The notes under the pieces: model-generated
What the model was told of the DNA's origin: nothing
What the model saw: only the letters and a program-made list of their open reading frames with translations
The model's database searches: none
Made by a program: the position numbers and the translations under genes
Source: Felis catus
Lineage: Eukaryota
DNA: 64,000 bases
Direction: 5' to 3'
Assembly: GCF_018350175.1 (NCBI RefSeq)
Contig: NC_058368.1
Coordinates: 160,954,001 to 161,018,000 of the forward strand
Shown: positions 13,100 to 26,407 of the stretch, one piece after another
How the letters are laid out: each line of letters starts with the position of its first letter
How positions within the stretch are numbered: position 1 is the first letter of the stretch

Positions 13100-13648
13100 A
13101 GATTTATTCTCCACGTACATTGGTACTTTCATCAGATGCTCACTCTGACACTGAGTTCTGCTTCTGAATGTCTGACTTTACAACCACAGCTAATTGCAAA
13201 ACCTGTAACAATTCCAGTCTGTTGCCCTAAAGGTTAATGCAAAACTTGTAGTATTGAAGAAAATGTGGATTGCCAAACAATTCTTAGGAAGAACAGAGCA
13301 AAACAAGTAATTACATTTTTAAGTCTTTAGTCAGAAATATTAAACTTTAGATTATCTGTAGCTGTTAGGCTTATAAAATACCTTTGGGAAGTAAGAAAAA
13401 AATGTCAGTTTTCCCTTTCTTCATTTTCTCCATTGCTCTTCAACCATGGTTCTTGAATTAGAACTAGAATATTATATTGCATTTCAATCACTTGGCTTTT
13501 CAACTGAAGAATTTAACTCCTGAACCAGGGGAGGAAGTTAAACTCGCAACGTTTGGGTTTTCTACTATATGAACCACATTTTTTATCTCTTATTGACTGT
13601 TAACTTTCTAAAAACATGGTGTGTTTGAAAGCTACAGAATATACTTAC

Positions 13649-13729
13649 CATATTAGAAAACAAAACTGAATATTCAAAGGTTTTGTTTTGTCAGGATTTA
13701 CAAAGAGTGAGGGGTGAAACATGTTAACC
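13649..13729 (-). other. Candidate 81-nt exon (unverified)
   Basis: Minus strand reads CTCTTTTTAG|GGTTAAC...CTAATATG|GTAAGT; length divisible by 3; one open frame. Confidence 0.3.
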
Positions 13730-14782
13730 CTAAAAAGAGTTTTTGAAAATATCAATCAACAGAGCAGAAATGCAAAAAATAAAAATAAAAATTGAAAATA
13801 AAAAAAATCAGCAAAAGAGGAAGTTTCTTAGAAAGAAGAGTAAAAAACAGAAAGACCTACTGCATAGGAATAAAAGGGGTAAATACCGAGCAAGTCCAGG
13901 GGATTCAATATTCAATTACTACTCCCAGCACTGTGATGATTCCATCTGTGAGAACGACTTCCAACTGGCAAACCCTCCAGGAACATCACTGTGCTTTGCC
14001 TAACTGCCATTCTGTACCAGACTCAACAGATTTATTCCAGATTTATGGGCACTGCTAGGCTCCAACTCCACCAGCCAATAATGAAACAGCAACAACACCA
14101 AAACAACATACTTTTTAAAAAGATATATAATTTCCTTTAATTAAGAAATCACAAGGGTCTTGCTTTCCAAAATGTCATTTGGAAGGAAATTTCAGTCTTC
14201 TACTGTTTCATTCCTCACATGCTCAACAGTACCTGCAGGGTAACTTACATGTGTTCACTTTTCTGTTATCATTATCATCTGCCAGAATGACACGAATACT
14301 CCTTAAAGCCAGGTGCAGGTAATCTGTAACATCTCAACCTATTTGCTGTGAGTTTTCCATTGCATAGACCAGTCTGCATGCTTTCTCTGGCTACAGAGCC
14401 AATCTGGAGCCTAAATATTTTACATGTAAAAATGCACTCTGCAGTGTTACTTTAGAGCAGAATCTCAGAAAGTATCTAAAACTAAACCAATAACATTGAT
14501 AAAATAAATAATTTATACCCATACCAAAGATATTATTGACAAAAGGAAAAAGAAATGGGATGCATCTGTATTAATTGATGTGAAATTCACACGACCTAAA
14601 TGGAAGGGATTTCCATCATAAATGGTTGCTAAACATCATTTTCTATCTGGTTTATACAAATTTATTTTATAGGAAAAGATCTAGAAGGATGTTCACTAAA
14701 TATTGATTTTAATTTCTGAGTATTGGCCCATTTTTATCTTTTTAGGTAACATCTTCCATTTTTTAAATTTATCACCTTTTTA

Positions 14783-14975
14783 GGACCCCTGGGTGGCTCA
14801 GTCAGTTATGTGTCTGATTTGATTTCAGCTCAGGTCATGACCTCATAGTGGTGAGATTGAGCCCTGTGTTGGGCTCTCCACTCAACCTGGAACCTGCTTG
14901 GGATTCTGTCTCACCCTCTCTCTCTCTCTGCCCCTCCCCCCATCTCAGTAAATAAATATTTCAAAAATATACTAA
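14783..14975 (+). mobile_element. Older CanSINE
   Basis: Diverged tRNA-like head, (CT)n, AATAAA tail; degenerate TSD AAATTTAT..CTTTT. Confidence 0.9.
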
Positions 14976-15257
14976 AATTTATTGTCTTTTAAATAGCTTC
15001 CAAAAACTTAGAAAATATGCAGTGAATTACTGTCAAAACTAAAGATACCAATCTTTTATTTATACTTCTGTCTCTTAAATTTTCTGGAGTACATAAAATT
15101 ACACAATGTTTGTAAATGTTATTGTCATTGTTTTATCACCTTCTCATATTATAATAAAACATGTTAAATGTGAAACCTCACACGTATTATCTAGTGATAT
15201 GGAATACTAGTTACACAAGTAATATTCAGTAGGTCTTCTTAGACCGAATATAGGGTA

Positions 15258-15983
15258 ATATTCATTTTCTGTGGTTGCAGTAACAAACTGCCACATACCC
15301 TGTGGCTTAAAACAGCAGAAATTTATTCTCTCACAGTTCTGGAGGGCAGAATATCAACATCAGACTGTTGGCCACTATAGGGGAGATTCTGCTACTTGCC
15401 TCTTCCAATTTCTATGGCTGGTGAGTATTTGTTGACCTGAGACCACATCACTCCAATCTCTACTTCCATCTACATCACCTCCTCTCCTGGTGTCTCTCTC
15501 AAAATTCTCTCTGGGGGCGCCTGGGTGGCGCAGTCGGTTAAGCCTCCGACTTCAGCCAGGTCACGATCTCGCGGTCCGTGAGTTCGAGCCCGGCGTCAGG
15601 CTCTGGGCTGATGGCTCAGAGCCTGGAGCCTGTTTCTGATTCTGTGTCTCCCTCTCTCTCTGCCCTTCCCCTGTTCATGCTCTGTCTCTCTCTGTCCCAA
15701 AAATAAATAAACGTTGAAAAAAAAAAACTCTCTCTGCCTCTAAGGATACATGTGATTCATTTACATATCACTTGATAACCCTAATTTCTCCTCTCAATGT
15801 CCTTAATTTATATATTTATATACACACAAACATATATATATGCATACATGTACATATATACATATATGTATATATGTATATACATAATTTAATCATGTCT
15901 TTTTGCTATGTGAAATATATTCACTCTTTTCAGAGATTTGATGTGGACATCTTTTAGGGGAGTTATGTTTTGGCCTACCAGAG
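15258..15983 (-). mobile_element. MaLR solo LTR (MLT1B/C-like), interrupted by a SINE and a (TA/CA)n tract
   Basis: GTAACAAA...GGCTTAAAACAGCAGAAATTTATTCTCTCACAGTTCTGGAGG and terminal GCCTACCA motif. Confidence 0.8.
15514..15723 (+). mobile_element. Young SINEC_Fc inserted in MLT1 LTR
   Basis: Canonical sequence; TSD AAAA(T/C)TCTCTCTG-like at 15501-15513 and 15724-15736. Confidence 0.96.
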
Positions 15984-16595
15984 AGGGGAAACAGTGAATT
16001 TGGCCTTCTTATCTGGTGTAAGGGCCTCTAGGAGTGTTTCCCTTTGCTGGATTATTTTCTACTCTGAAGTAGCATCATGCTTCATTATTTTCATACATTT
16101 CTATTAATTACACCAACATACTATATACTTATTGTTGGAGGGGTGAAGTCAACACTGATTTTGTAGCAAAACAAAGCTCTTTTCCTTTACCTAGAGTTCA
16201 TGTAACCATGAAAGGAGTAAAAACAAATCTTGTGTTGTTGAAAAGCCAATAACACAATTGTTAGAGTATTTCTTTGGCAAAGCCCTTGACTTTTTAAAGT
16301 TGTATGACACAGAACTTCTTCAGGTGATCAGATTTAAGTGGTAAAATTTTAAAATTCAAGCTATTTATAATTGTCAAATAATGTTTGAGAAAATATATTA
16401 AAGCAGCTTTCTCACAATATTTCAATCAAACTATTTCTGGTTTTGCTTATTATTTGGTTTAAAATTTCCTCTTATAATGCACAAAATGATTTGAACAAAA
16501 TCCTATTACTTTTTATTGCAATTAGAATTTTCTTATTCTTAGACTCATTGAATCTAAGGATATATCCAGTGAAAATAAGAATGCTACTCAATTTT

Positions 16596-16776
16596 GGGGT
16601 GCCTGGGTGGCTTAGTCAGTTGAGTGTCCGACTTTCGATCTTGAGGTCATGAAATTGAGCTCCACAATGGGCTCCATGCTGGGCATGGAGCCTGCTTGGG
16701 ATTCTCTCTCTCCCTCTCTCTCAGTCCCTCCCCCAATTGTTCTCTCTCTTGCACAATAAATAAACTTAAAAAAAAA
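16596..16776 (+). mobile_element. Older CanSINE, followed by (GAATA)n at about 16793-16835
   Basis: GGGGTGCCTGGGTGGCTTAGTCAG head; TSD AGAA(TG/CA)CTACTCAATTTT. Confidence 0.93.
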
Positions 16777-17591
16777 GAACACTACTCAATTTTGAATAGA
16801 ATTGAAATAGAATAGAATAGAATTGAAATAGAATAACATACTTTCATGGAAGGGATGATAAGTTTAATACTATAACCAAAATCCCATTATTGATTCAAGA
16901 AAGATTCTGAAGATTAAATAAAAATAGTAATCTAAATACCTCACTATAATCTTTCATCACATTCTCCATCATCATACCGAGAGCTTTTACAAGAAATATA
17001 AATCACAACTATTTTTACTTCTTTTCCTCCTTATCAGTGTCACCTGTCACTTTAAATATTTGAAAAGTTATTTTCACTACACAGTTACTATGTGTTGTTT
17101 ATGGGTGGTTGGAGGATTTCATCCATGTCTCGCATATCAGAATATACTTGTTTTCCTTAGGCGTATCAAATTTTATCATGAGTGGGTTGGAAATGCTTTG
17201 CAACTATATTCTTGTTTGAGAAAAACTGACCTGTGAAATAAACAGGAACTCAGAGTCACTATATATTACTAAGATAAACCCACAGTTTGGAAAGTGCTCA
17301 ATTTTTTAGAAAAGTGAAGAGCAAAATCAATCAGGAGAAATAATTTTCCCACACCTATACATAACTGTCACTTTAAATCTGCTTTATCAAAGAAATACCC
17401 CTGTATTATTTTCTGTGAGCTTCCTGACAAGAGTCTGTGCCTTGTCTCACATAAATCAATCAGTGCAACTATGTGACAATGCATGGTGTCCTCCTTTCTG
17501 ATGAGAGGATTTATGTGCAGTTATTGCAATTTCTCAGAGAACTACCATAGATGTCTTCATGAATTGATATACATCAAATGGTTTCAAACAA

Positions 17592-17956
17592 TGTATTAGT
17601 CCATCTGGGCTGCTAAAACAAAAATACCAAAGAATGGGTGGCTTAAAAACAAACATTTATACCTCACAATTCTGGAGGATGGGTAGTCCAAGATCATGCA
17701 CAGGCGGATTCTATTTCTGGTAAGACCCTGCTTTCTCATTGACTGGGTCTTCTCATTATAACCTCACGTGGCAGAAGGGGGAAGGGATTTTTCAAGGGAA
17801 TCTTTTATAAGGGTACTAATCCTATTCAAGAGGACTTTGTCTTCATGACCCAAACACTTCCCAAGGCCCTACTTCCAAACACCATCACACTGAGGATTAG
17901 ATTTCAACCTATGAAATATATTTGGGGAAACACATTCTTTCAGTTCATACCACACA
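17592..17956 (-). mobile_element. MaLR solo LTR (MLT1A-like)
   Basis: TGTATTAGTCCATCTGGGCTGCT...TCTGGAGG...GTCCAAGATCA...TTTTATAAGGGTACTAATCC...GGATTAGATTTCAAC. Confidence 0.85.
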
Positions 17957-19495
17957 GCCACTACTTATTTGGGATCAATAGAGGACTACATGAAATGTTG
18001 CTTGTATGTTGAAAAGCCATCAGAGATCTTGCATTTAAACCACATTTCACCAAGCTTCATCTTTTCAAATATAAAGATAAAGGTAGATTCTTCATCTTGC
18101 TTAGAGACAATTACAGTTATTTTCAAATTTTACTTTAAAAAGGAATACTCAAACATATTAAAAATAATTCAAATTTAATTTAAATTGATGCATAAAGTTA
18201 ATAAAATGAATTATTTTTAAGGAAATAAATTTTTATTGACACTTATCCCCTATGTAACATGTATAATATTTTTAACAAGTTCATCATAAATCTTTAAATG
18301 CACTTTATATTAACTTTTTCTCCTTTATTTCTAAACACTGTAGAACAAAATGAAAGTTTGTTTTCTTCTACCATGAATACTCACTGAGTAGCATTTAAAT
18401 TATAATAAAACTGACACTTATCTGGGTCAAAAGAAAGGAAAACTTACAACTATAATCACACTAATGATGCAGAAGTCAATACTCATCAGTAATACATGTG
18501 TAAATTAATTCATTTCAAATAGTCAATGCTTACCATTTACTTAGTAAATATATCCGTTACTTTATGTAGAGGATGCCATTGAAAGTCAACTTCACTGTGT
18601 CACAGGCTTCCATAATACTTTCCCCTTCGCTATAAGCATCATCTGTCAATTGCATCTAGCCAGTGGACTATAGTAAAGGTGATAGGATAGGGAGTCCCTG
18701 ATAGGATATTGTGTCCCTGTGACACAATAAATGTGTGTTGTTTCCAGCTGCTGTTGTTATGAAGATGCCCTACATAGAGACTGAAAACTAACCTACCTTG
18801 TTTAATTTTTTTTGAGATCTCTTTATCATTTAAAGTGATTTTAAACTATGAAGTAAGTGCATGTGAGCAAGACTGTATGTGTATGCAGGTCTATATAAAA
18901 TTGTGTACCTAATCTAACATACGCTCCTAAAAATAATTGTTAATTAAATGCCTCAAACCATTTATGTAACTTTTACGAGTTTTTGTATTTTTTCACTTGT
19001 AATGAAACATTTTGTGCAAACCTAAATCTAATGAACCGTCTAAAATCTGAGAAAGCAAAACCAATGTGGTCATCAGCGACATACATTTTGTATGTTTGTT
19101 TATTTACATTTTAGTTCAAGATAGCTCTTCTTTTAGAAGGGTATTACTATGGAAGCAAGTACTGGATAAATGATTACTACTAGTTGTACATCAAGAATGC
19201 TAAAGAATGATTCTGCTAATGACTGATATGCTAAAATAAGAAGACTATTCAATAGATGCCTATGACCTCACTGGGTGATGCTTTTACTCACAAAGGTAAC
19301 AGGTACTTGATGTGCTTTAACATTTGACAAAAATAAATGTCAAAAACAGAAAGTTGTAATTTTGTCCAGAGATTTCTTTTTGCCAAAAACGTTTTAATTA
19401 TTTCACCAATATGAATTACCACTGAATTTTTATTATGTGAAAATGAAAAATTCTTGGGAACATTTTGTTAAACAGTATTTAAAATGTTAATCACA

Positions 19496-19713
19496 GGGGC
19501 GCCTGTGTGGCTCAGTCGGTTAAGCGTCCGACTTCAGCCAGGTCACGATCTCCCGGTCCGTGAGTTCGAGCCCCGCATCAGGCTCTGGGCTGATGGCTCA
19601 GAGCCTGGAGCCTGTTTCCTATTCTGTGTCTCCCTCTCTCTCTGCCCGTCCCCTGTTCATGCTCTGTCTCTCTCTGTCCCAAAAATAAATAAACGTTGAA
19701 AAAAAATTTTTTT
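19496..19713 (+). mobile_element. Young SINEC_Fc
   Basis: Canonical sequence; TSD AATGTTAATCACA at 19483-19495 and 19714-19726. Confidence 0.96.
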
Positions 19714-19865
19714 AATGTTAATCACAAAGATTTTTATAGTTACTGTATTGTAGAATTTTTTTAAATGTGGTTTTCTAATTTTTTACTGAAACAAAATATA
19801 GAAACATAGCCTAAGTGTGGAGTAGTAGTTTATAACAATATTATATTTATCACTTTGATTATTTA

Positions 19866-20074
19866 TTTTTTAAAAATATTTTTATTTATTTTTGAGACAG
19901 AGACAGAGCATGAGCAGGGGAAGGGCAGAGAGAAAGGGAGACACAGAATCTGAAGCAGGCTCCAGGCTCTGAGCTGTCAGCACACAGCCCGATGCAGGGC
20001 TTGAACTCACAAACTGTGCGATCATGACCTGAGCCGAAGTCGGACACTTAACCGACTGGCCACCCAGGTGTCCC
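19866..20074 (-). mobile_element. Feline CanSINE
   Basis: Canonical reverse complement; TSD TCACTTTGATTATTTA on both sides. Confidence 0.95.
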
Positions 20075-21699
20075 TCACTTTGATTATTTAAAGGCATCTC
20101 AATACCCTCAATTTTTAAATGTCTTTATTATTGGCCTTTTTGTCATGAAAGGAAATTTAAAGTATTAGTTCAAAAATTTTTCAATTTAACCTTTATAAAT
20201 GATGAATATTGTTTTGTTAATAAAACATCCCTCTGATTATTGGACATAGCACAAATAGTTACATAACAGTGCAAATACAAAATTTTATCATCCTGACAAG
20301 GCTATTATGTTTTGTACAATGTGGCAAAAGCAAGTCTACATAATGTTTTAACTATTTCAATTTTAATACAAGTTCTAAGGACTTACTTGATTTCCCCAGG
20401 CAGAAGGTAAATTTTTTGACATTTAAAGAATTCCCCTGGCAACATGTTTTCCATTGTGTTGTACTCTGCCAATTATGATCATTCCAGTTCATTAGATGCT
20501 GTCTGGAAATAAAAGGAATGAGGCAGAAATACTCCCTACTGATACATTATTTTTGGAGGATTGGCATTACACAATTAGCAAATGTTATTAAATGTCTTTA
20601 AGTATCATTAGTGAAGAAGAATGGAAAACTGTTTAATGGTTACCCCTCTCCGTGCTTTAAATGGATTGATAGTGCATGAAGTCATTTAAAGATATAAAAT
20701 ATCAGAAGACAGGCAGGACCATCTGTTTTATATATTCATTATCCTATACATTTTATTTTGCATAATTATTCATCAAAAAAGAATTCATTGAGCTGATACA
20801 GAGTTTATGAAAGAAGGTTAAATGTCTACATATACTTCTGAATAAAACTTTATCTTTAATAACATTTTGGCAACATTTATATCAGAGTTTACTGTACTCA
20901 AGATGTTGTCATTAGAAAATCTGACTTAATAGAAATTTTTACAATGTAAGTGACAGTATGCTATTATCAAATAATTTTTTCTTTGTCACTGAAAAGCCAT
21001 GTTACCAAGTTTATCATTTTACTTGAAAAAAGCTAATATTTGAATGATGTCTCAATATCTACTATTAATAAAACATATCAAGAATTAAATGAGTTGAATA
21101 TTATCTTTCTTTCCAAAGTAATATTTACTTGACTATAGATCAGAATTATTATAGAGTTTTTATGTTTATACCAAGATGGAAAAGTATGAGAGGGGAATTT
21201 GAACAATAAACATGAAACAGTAAATCTCCATTTGCTACAAAGCAATAGAGTTAGGTAATAGAGCTGGCCAGCCAAGACCCTACAATAAATTAGACATGTA
21301 TGTTGCATAATTCAGTTGCTCACATAGGAATCTTTATATACCTTATGAAATATAAATTAGTCTTATTCCCTCCAAAATGAAATAGAATCATTTTAGAAAT
21401 ACTAAAAATACTTTTTAAAGAACTTAGAAGAGTAACCACTCTTGCCAGCATCTCTTTATCTCTGTTGAGTATTGTTACAATTTGTAAAAAAAAAAAAAAA
21501 AAAAAGCCTTACTACCTACCAACAAAGTAGATAGCATCTTCTTAAAAAATATTTCTTTAAATAAAAACAAATATACAAAACAGAATTTATAAAGCACTCT
21601 AGCTGGCACCTATATAACTCTGATGCATACTATTGTACCGTAGATTAAGGTTCCAGATAAAACAACAGAAACTACTACAAACATCAAGAAAGAAGCCTC

Positions 21700-22895
21700 T
21701 AGGATATAATACTTAAAGCATAATCAATGAAATAAAAAATAAACAAGAGGGACCACATCAAACAAAAAGCTCTTTCACAGCAAAAGAAACAAAATGAAAA
21801 GACAACCTATAATGGGAAAGATATTTGCAAACAATTTGTAAGGGATCAATATTCAAAATATATAAAAATGCATGCAACTCATTAACAACAAAACAAACAG
21901 TTCAATTATAAAATGAGCAAAGGATGTGAACAGATATTTTCCAAAGAAGATATATGAATGGCCAAAAAGTACATGAAAAGATGCTTAAAATCATTAATCA
22001 TTAGAAAAATGCAAATCAAAACCATAGTGAGGTATCACCTCATACTTGTTAGAATGGCTATCATCAAAAAGAGAAGAGATAAATGATAAATGCTGTGGTG
22101 GATGTGGAGAAAGTGTGGACCTTGTACAATCTTTGTGGCAATGTACATTGGTACAGCCACTGTGGAAAACAGTATGGAGGTTCTTCAAAAAATTACATTA
22201 TGATTTGACGATTTCATTTTGGTTATATACCCATAGGAAACAAACACACTATGTTGAAGAGATATCTGCACCCTTGTGTTCTTAGCAGGATTATTTACAA
22301 TAGCCAATAGAGGGAAACAAGTATCATCAATGGACGAATGGATAAAGAAATATGGTATATATACGCAGTCATATCTGTCATATCTGATATGAATATTACG
22401 CAGCTGTAAAAAAGAAATCTTGTCATTTTCCACAACATGGATGAACCTAGACAGCACTCTACTAACTGAAATAAGACAAAGAAACAACTATTATATGATT
22501 TCACTTGTATGTGAAATCTTACAAAAAAAAAAAAAAAAAACTATAGAAAATGAGATCAAATTTGTGGTTACCAGAGGTGGAAGATAGGTGAAGAAGAAAT
22601 TAGATCGAAGTGGTCAAAAGGTACAAACTTTCAGTTATAAGAAACATAAATACTAGGGATGTAATATACAGTGCTATGACTACAGTTAATGCCGCTATAT
22701 GGTACAGATGAAGGTTGTTAAGAGAACATATCATAACAGTTCTCATCACAACAGAAAAAGCATTTTTTCTTCTCTTTTTTTGTGCATCTATATGAAAAAA
22801 ATGGGTTTTTATTAAGCTTATTGTGGTAATCTTTTCACAAGATATATGTTTAATCATCTTATACCTTGATATGTGTCTATTATATTTCAATAAAG
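21700..22895 (+). mobile_element. Older 5'-truncated LINE-1 (L1MA/L1_Carn-like ORF2 end plus 3'UTR)
   Basis: [23 protein letters not shown]; 3'UTR motif AAAGGTACAAACTTTCAGTTATAAG; AATAAA at about 22889. Confidence 0.9.
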
Positions 22896-22992
22896 GAAAA
22901 AGAAAGAAAGGCAAAGGAAGGAAGGAAGGTAGGAAGGAAGGAAGGAAGGAAGGAAGGAAGGAAGGAAGGAAGGAAGGAAACAAGGAAGGAAG
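22896..22992. repeat. (GGAA)n microsatellite at the L1 tail
   Basis: Direct reading. Confidence 0.95.
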
Positions 22993-23262
22993 GAGCGAGC
23001 AAGTCTCCAGGTTGTCCCATGAGGTTGAGAGTCACAATCACTAAAATTTTGAAACTTAAAATTGTATGGAAAAATAATATGTATCGCAAATGAATGATTT
23101 CATATTTACTATTCCTATTTTAAATGATTCACCATGTTTCTCAACAAAGTAGAAGGTTTGCAGGAAGAGAAAGAAAACTCTAATCTGAAAAATCAGACAT
23201 TATAAAAGACCAGTAAAAAATTATTCAAAAGAGAGGCATTGTTTTAAATATGTTAAAATATT

Positions 23263-23502
23263 GGGGCGCCTGGGTGGCGCAGTCGGTTAAGCGTCCGACT
23301 TCAGCCAGGTCACGATCTCGCGGTCCGTGAGTTCAAGCCCCACGTCAGACTCTGGGCTGATGGCCCAGAGCCTGGAGCCTGCTTCCGATTCTGTGTCTCC
23401 CTCTCTCTCTCTGCCCCTCCCCAGTTCATGCTCTGTCTCTCTCTGTCCCAAAAATAAATAAACGTTGAAAAAAAAAATTTTAAAAATAAATAAATAAATA
23501 AA
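23263..23502 (+). mobile_element. Young SINEC_Fc
   Basis: Canonical sequence; TSD TAAATATGTTAAAATATT at 23245-23262 and 23503-23520. Confidence 0.97.
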
Positions 23503-23559
23503 TAAATATGTTAAAATATTAATGTCTGGTTTAATAGGAAACAGCTATTATATCTGTTT

Positions 23560-24405
23560 TTACATTCAGGTTTCTGTGATATGTTGTTTTTTGTTGAAGT
23601 ATAAGAAGAAAATACAGCTTAAAGAAATATATGGTTGGAGAAAGGAAGAGTATTTCAACAATCTTTTCAGATGTAGTTGTGGATGTTCTTTGATACTCCA
23701 CCCAAACTCAACAAGTGGAAGATTCTTAAAGCTTAGTTGCAATGTGATATCTAAACATTTAAAATAAATTTTTCTTTATTACTCCTTTACCTTCACCCAT
23801 TTTTCACTATGAATGAATTTTTCACTTACACATACTACATAACATCATACACTGGTTATTTGGAATTTTCCTATTCAGTGATCATTTCTTCAACATGCTG
23901 ATACATTTCACTATAGGTTATCAAAATATCAAACTCTCTAACATCACCATCTCATTCAAAAAGTCTGAATACCCGGAGTAGTAAAGTTCTGTGGTGAATA
24001 AAATATTACCTAAATTCTGCTTGAAAGCTTTGATTTTATTATTGGCAACAAATGCTATCAGTGGGTTTTCTTGAAGTGGAAGTTTCCTTTGTTTGTTTAC
24101 AAAAACACATCACCCCAATATGCAACTTTAAGTAACATTAATTTGCCAGGTTCTTTTTTTTTTTAAGTGAAAGTAGCACTCCATGAAAACTCAGCTAATT
24201 TAGCTCACAAATCTACCACCTATGTGATTTTTCCTCAAGCAATCATCACACTCCAATATGCAGCAGAGATGATGTAATACTACTTCTCAACTTAGCAAAT
24301 TAAAATGATGTATATCCAAATCCTAATATTCAGTGAAATTAGTAACCTATACTAATTCACCAGGGGTATCGTCTATGTAGAATTTTTAGCTCTCTTTTTT
24401 TTTTC

Positions 24406-24436
<31 letters not shown>

Positions 24437-24908
24437 GGGACAGAGAAACAGAGCATGAACGGGGGAGGGGCAGAGAGAGAGGGAGACACAGCATCGGAAA
24501 CAGGCTCCAGGCTCCGAGCATCAGCCCAGAGCCTGACGCGGGGCTCGAACTCACGGACCGGGAGATCGTGACCTGGCTGAAGTCGGACGCTTAACCGACT
24601 GCGCCGCCCAGGCGCCCCAGCTCTCTTTTACAATTTGATAATATTTCTTCTTTTTCTTTTTTAAACTGCACTGTGTACAAGTGAAGAATACAATGACCAC
24701 AAATACAGTGTGATGCCGCTGGCATTATTAGTGCTGAGACACCAACGGTTTTACCCACCATTATTTTTGTGCCAACAGTGCAACGTCAATACACTACAAA
24801 AGGCAAATTGTATCCTAGGATTGTCCTGAAAATAATTTGACCTTGCACTCCCCTAAAATGACCTTAGTAACACTGGAGGATCCATGGACCACCGTGTAAG
24901 AGCCACTC
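23560..24908. mobile_element. hAT DNA transposon fossil (Charlie1-like), interrupted by a SINE
   Basis: CTTTGATACTCCACCCAAACTCAACAAGTGG...TTAGTTGCAATGTG, and the end TTTGACCTTGCA...CCATGGACCAC..GAGCCACT, match recalled Charlie1 motifs. Confidence 0.75.
24399..24618 (-). mobile_element. Young SINEC_Fc
   Basis: CpG-rich canonical copy; TSD AGCTCTCTTTT at 24388-24398 and 24619-24629. Confidence 0.97.
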
Positions 24909-25234
24909 CTTAAAAGTCAATATATTAATTGGTGCAGTAATTAGAAAATTCATATTCTTTATAAAACTGCTTATTATCCCCTGGGGATATTCTATATTTG
25001 TCTCCATTTTTAGACCTAGATAAAGTATAAATAGAAGTGACTATGCATATTTAAAAGTTATATGACTTCTATACTATGCTAAGCCTCACCAGTGTAAATG
25101 ATATTACTTATAATCAAGAATTTTGTAAGAGCCTAAATCCTATATGATGCTTCATCATTACTTCCATGTTTTAGGACATATTTAGCAATTACTATAAAGT
25201 GCCTAGGTGTTTTAAAGCATAAAGAAAAGGTGCC

Positions 25235-25440
25235 AAAGCTAGATAGGCTGGGTATGAATTCTGGTCCTGACACATTTTGCTTATTTGATCTTCTCACATT
25301 CCTTACAGTGGCCTGCTTGTCACTTCTGTTTTCTGCAAAATTGAGCATAATTTAATAACTACTTCATAGGGTTGTAGCAAAAATTAAATGAAAATAAATA
25401 TATGGAAAGAACATAGAAGAGTACATGGCATAGTGTTAAA
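25235..25440 (+). mobile_element. MIR SINE relic
   Basis: CTACTTCATAGGGTTGT...ATTAAATGA...TGGCATAGT core and 3' motifs. Confidence 0.7.
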
Positions 25441-26407
25441 AATGAAATGTTATGCCTATATAATAAAATAAATTTAGAGTAAAGGGGACCTTAATTTTAG
25501 GATGTGGGTTTTGGGAAACACAGAGTTATTGAATCTTTCCAGATTAAGATTTTATGGTATCTGCATTTTAATACATTTAAATAACTAGCACATTTATAAG
25601 ATTGAGGACTTGAGATATTAAATATTGGTGAAACAAAAAAGGGCCATTTGCTTTTAAACTTCTGGTTATTGAAAATAATGTGATTGCTAAGAAATATTTT
25701 AAGAATGGTCATGTAGTATATAACTTACATACAATCCATCTTACAGCTTTAATATCTACTTTGGCCATTTAGTTTTGACACATAAGTGGACTGAACAATG
25801 AAGATTTTTATGTAAAATCTGTTAATACATATTTTATTTAGAAACCTCTCAAAATTTGTGTTTCAGAATGTGTGGAGCTCAGCCAAAGTTTTTGGGGGAC
25901 TTAATTCTCATTACAGAACATTTTATTTCTTCCTCATTTATCGATAAACTATGTTGTTCCCCAGAAGCATGTAAAGTGGTTTAAATAAATTATAAAATAT
26001 AAGAAAATGTAAATTAGATGTAGATAAGAAAGAACAAAAGGGAAACAAAGGACAGGAATAAAACTGCAGCAAAAATGTTTCCCTATAATTTTTAATGTTT
26101 GCAATAAACAACCCATGACAGAGTTCATGGTTGGAGTATCCCTGCATCATATCTGGCTGGAACCTTGAGTGCTAGGGAGTGGGCATGAAGGCATCAGGAT
26201 CTAATCACCCCACGTGCCAGACAATCTGGATTTGAGTTCTTTCTACCTCTACTCCGACTGTGTGTTCAAATAATTAAGAATCACTGTCACTAGAATCCAG
26301 AAGAAAATTAGATATGGATTGAAGGAAAGATCGGATATTAACACAAAAGAGATCAGAATGAAGCATGGACAAAAGATGTAGTGAAGTAATCAAAAAGAAA
26401 TCGATGG

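Noticed and set aside
13930..14030. C/D snoRNA suggested by GTGATGA
   Set aside because: No D box (CTGA) at a suitable distance and no terminal stem.
22600..23093. Overlapping ORFs with PSFL/GRKE repeats
   Set aside because: These are translations of the (GGAA)n microsatellite.
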